NCBI GenBank assembly: GCA_964473365.1
Contig: CAYYOV010000014.1
Span: forward strand, 137-64,136
Length of the DNA: 64,000 bases
From: an uncultured Ignavibacteriaceae bacterium
GTDB lineage: Bacteria > Bacteroidota > Ignavibacteria > UBA10030
Direction: 5' to 3'
How positions within the stretch are numbered: the first letter of the stretch is position 1; every line of letters begins with the position of its first letter. The notes under the pieces were generated by a model, which did not search any database, was not told the DNA's origin, and saw nothing but the letters and a program-made list of their open reading frames with translations. Made by a program: the position numbers and the translations under genes. Positions 61,837-64,000 of the stretch are shown here, piece after piece.

Positions 61837-64000
61837 ATGTTCCGTTCACGGGTCTATCTTCGGGTGCTGGGGAACTTCGGGTTCCTCCTCATCGTCCTTG
61901 TCGCGATGACCGTTCTCATCACCCGCGTCCTCAATCAGATGCAGTCGGGATATGCGTCGGCGTCGGCTGATATTGCATTTCTGAGTTCGCTCACGAACTT
62001 GCGCACGACGCTGGGTGAAACGCCGGACTATCTGGACCTGTATCTGTCGACGAAAGACCAGAATGCCCGTGACGCCTATGTCGCCGGGTCGAAGAGCGTC
62101 GATGAATCGTTCAACGACCTCAAGTCGTTGACGACGGACTCATTGACGGCCAGCTACCTGAATCAGGCGCGGGCGCTGTTCGTGGCCTGGCAGGAGTTCG
62201 TCGTCCAGCCACGCGTCCGGTTGGCCGAGGAGACCCTCAGGCCCGATTCTGTCGAGCTCCTCACCGCGAACATTCGCGACGCTGAAATGAACGGCCGCTA
62301 TCTGTTCCAGATGCGGTCGATCCTGACGTCGCTCGTCCAGCGTCAGCTCTCCTCGCAGTCGATCCAGATGGAGAGTGCCAGGACCCTCGGGTCCGGACTT
62401 GGCCAGTTCATCGTGTTCGTCAACGTGTTGTTCGCGTTGTTCGCGGTTGCCCTTGGATTCTTCCTGACCCGGTCGATCACCCGTCCGCTCAATCAGCTGC
62501 GGGAGGGGACGCAGAACATCATGCAGTCGAAGTACGTGCCGCTCGACATCCAGCGGAGCGACGAATTCGGCGAGCTCGCCGCCGACTTCAACACGATGTC
62601 GACCATGCTCCGGGAGAACTACACGCGCATCCGGTCGTACTCCGACCTCATGACGGTCCTCAACGAGAACGAGTCGACAAGCGGCGTGTTGTCGAAGAGT
62701 CTCGACCTTCTTTGCCAGCAGGTCGGGGCCATCAACGGAGCCTTCTACTTGTACGATCGCGAGACGAACCGGCTCGACCTGCGCGGAAGCTTCGCCTTGC
62801 GGGCCGACCGGACGGCGATCACCTCCTTCGCCGTCGGCGAGGGGATCCCAGGGGAATGTGCGCGACTCCGGACGCCGCTCGAGGTGAACGATCTCCCGCA
62901 ACTCGTGGCGTTCCCCGTCGACACCGGCTTGAACACGATCACGCCCAAGACGGCGTACGCGGTACCGGTCATGTTCCAGGAAAATCTCGTCGGCGTCCTC
63001 GTCCTCGGCTCGACGAAACCGCTGGATGAATTCACGAAGGCACTCGTTTCGAGCGCAGCGCCGCAGATCGGCGTGGCCATCACGAACGCCCTCAACTTTG
63101 AGGCGACCCAGGCCCTGACGCAGGAGCTGACGGCGAAACATGCGGAGCTGAACGGCAAGAATGCCGAGCTGGAGCGGGCATATCAGGTGAAGTCGGACTT
63201 CCTGTCGAACATGTCGCACGAGCTTCGGACGCCGCTCAATTCGATCATCGGGTTCACGTCGATCCTGCTGAGCGATCGAGGCGACCCGATGACCGCAGAC
63301 CAACGGAAGGCGATGGAAAAGGTGCTCAAGAACGGCAAGCACCTTCTCCAACTGATCAACGACATTCTGGACTTCTCGAAGATCGAATCGGGCCGGATGC
63401 ACGTGAGCGTAGAGACCGACTCCGTCGAAAGCGTGGTCAACGGCGCGATCCTCACGGCGGAACATCTTGTGAGACAAAAGGGGCTCGAGCTGAAGGACGA
63501 GATCCAGGCCGGCATGCCGATGCTGCAGACCGACACGCTGAAGATCAAGCAGATCATCGTCAACCTCCTCAGCAACGCGTCGAAGTTCACCGACCAGGGC
63601 GCGATCGAGGTGAAATCCTGGTTCGACAAGGGCCTCGTCCACGTGTCGGTGAAGGACTCCGGTATCGGCATCGAACAGAAGGACATCGACCGGATCTTTG
63701 AAGAGTTCCAGCAGATTGACAGCAGCCATTCGAGGAAGTACAAAGGCACAGGGCTGGGCCTACCGATCGCGCGGCGTTTGGCGCGACTCCTCGGTGGCGA
63801 CCTCGTCGCCACGAGCACCTACGGACAGGGTTCGACCTTTACGTTGACTGTGCCGCCCGAGCTGCCGAAGAGTGCGTCGGAGCGGGCCGACGTGACGCAA
63901 AAGCCGATCGTCTTACCGGCCACCCCGGCCAAGCCGGCTGTGCCGCCATCGAAACCGGCGGTGTCGGCCCCGACGGTCGAGAAGCCTCCGGCGCCGACCC
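61837..64000 (+). CDS. Sensor histidine kinase (2 TM + HAMP + GAF + HisKA + HATPase), 3' end outside the window
   Basis: This ORF is open to the window end and so is absent from the ORF track. HAMP-like TRSITRPLNQLREGTQNI...DEFGELAADFNTM. A GAF-like region. H-box FLSNMSHELRTPLNSI. N/G boxes NLLSNASKF, DSGIGI, GTGLGL. A Pro-rich tail begins at about 63900. Confidence 0.85.
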   Translation, partial: MFRSRVYLRVLGNFGFLLIVLVAMTVLITRVLNQMQSGYASASADIAFLSSLTNLRTTLGETPDYLDLYLSTKDQNARDAYVAGSKSVDESFNDLKSLTTDSLTASYLNQARALFVAWQEFVVQPRVRLAEETLRPDSVELLTANIRDAEMNGRYLFQMRSILTSLVQRQLSSQSIQMESARTLGSGLGQFIVFVNVLFALFAVALGFFLTRSITRPLNQLREGTQNIMQSKYVPLDIQRSDEFGELAADFNTMSTMLRENYTRIRSYSDLMTVLNENESTSGVLSKSLDLLCQQVGAINGAFYLYDRETNRLDLRGSFALRADRTAITSFAVGEGIPGECARLRTPLEVNDLPQLVAFPVDTGLNTITPKTAYAVPVMFQENLVGVLVLGSTKPLDEFTKALVSSAAPQIGVAITNALNFEATQALTQELTAKHAELNGKNAELERAYQVKSDFLSNMSHELRTPLNSIIGFTSILLSDRGDPMTADQRKAMEKVLKNGKHLLQLINDILDFSKIESGRMHVSVETDSVESVVNGAILTAEHLVRQKGLELKDEIQAGMPMLQTDTLKIKQIIVNLLSNASKFTDQGAIEVKSWFDKGLVHVSVKDSGIGIEQKDIDRIFEEFQQIDSSHSRKYKGTGLGLPIARRLARLLGGDLVATSTYGQGSTFTLTVPPELPKSASERADVTQKPIVLPATPAKPAVPPSKPAVSAPTVEKPPAPT

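Noticed and set aside
1-64000. Genomic island, prophage or mobile element
   Set aside because: No integrase, transposase, phage structural gene, tRNA attachment site or flanking direct repeats were seen. Only a mild by-eye drop in GC over 53.3-55.1 kb was noticed.

Overview
GC-rich, gene-dense chromosomal segment. I found no rRNA, tRNA, CRISPR array, transposase or integrase. Gene content points to an FCB-group bacterium such as Ignavibacteriota or a Kapabacteria-like lineage: clade-II-type nos genes, GH92 and GH20 enzymes with discoidin tails, DUF6132/DUF2892-type small proteins, LytTR regulators and weak Shine-Dalgarno usage. That taxon guess is low confidence. Blocks along the window: (1) 1-6.5 kb holds a nitrous-oxide reductase cluster, nosZ(partial)-nosB-like-YwiC-like-nosD-nosF-nosL-nosY, followed by an FGE/NirV-like lipoprotein. 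(2) 6.5-9.9 kb holds a decayed receiver remnant and a LytS/LytTR pair with two LiaF-type membrane proteins. (3) 10-32 kb holds housekeeping and scavenging genes: Fpg/Nei, YbjQ, PepF, GH20, NPP phosphodiesterase, e(P4) phosphatase, transketolase, OsmC, GH92, class A beta-lactamase, CutC and an SDR. (4) 33-38 kb holds a cNMP-GAF-PP2C phosphatase, a CPBP protease, and an ECF sigma with a soluble ZAS anti-sigma and two paralogous membrane zinc-ribbon proteins. (5) 38.5-47.2 kb holds a Cys-rich MerR regulator, a Psr/Phs-like molybdopterin oxidoreductase (ABC subunits) and a sulfur-trafficking set: 2x YeeE/YedE, 2x rhodanese, a CMD-family protein, MobA, DUF302 and thioredoxin. (6) 47.6-52.8 kb holds an SGNH hydrolase, a GAF protein with a Cys4 tail, and a beta-propeller/Y_Y_Y histidine kinase with a NarL-type regulator. 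(7) 52.9-64.0 kb holds a type-IV-filament-like locus. It has three non-canonical pseudopilin-like ORFs and a HerA/FtsK-clade ATPase tightly coupled to PilC-like and PilB-like genes. A Pro-rich pseudo-receiver protein, a CheY-like receiver and a HAMP-GAF histidine kinase (truncated by the window end) follow. Block 7 is the best candidate for an undescribed system. Several intergenic heptanucleotide tandem arrays are also unexplained. All calls come from reading the translations and DNA by eye; no searches were run.
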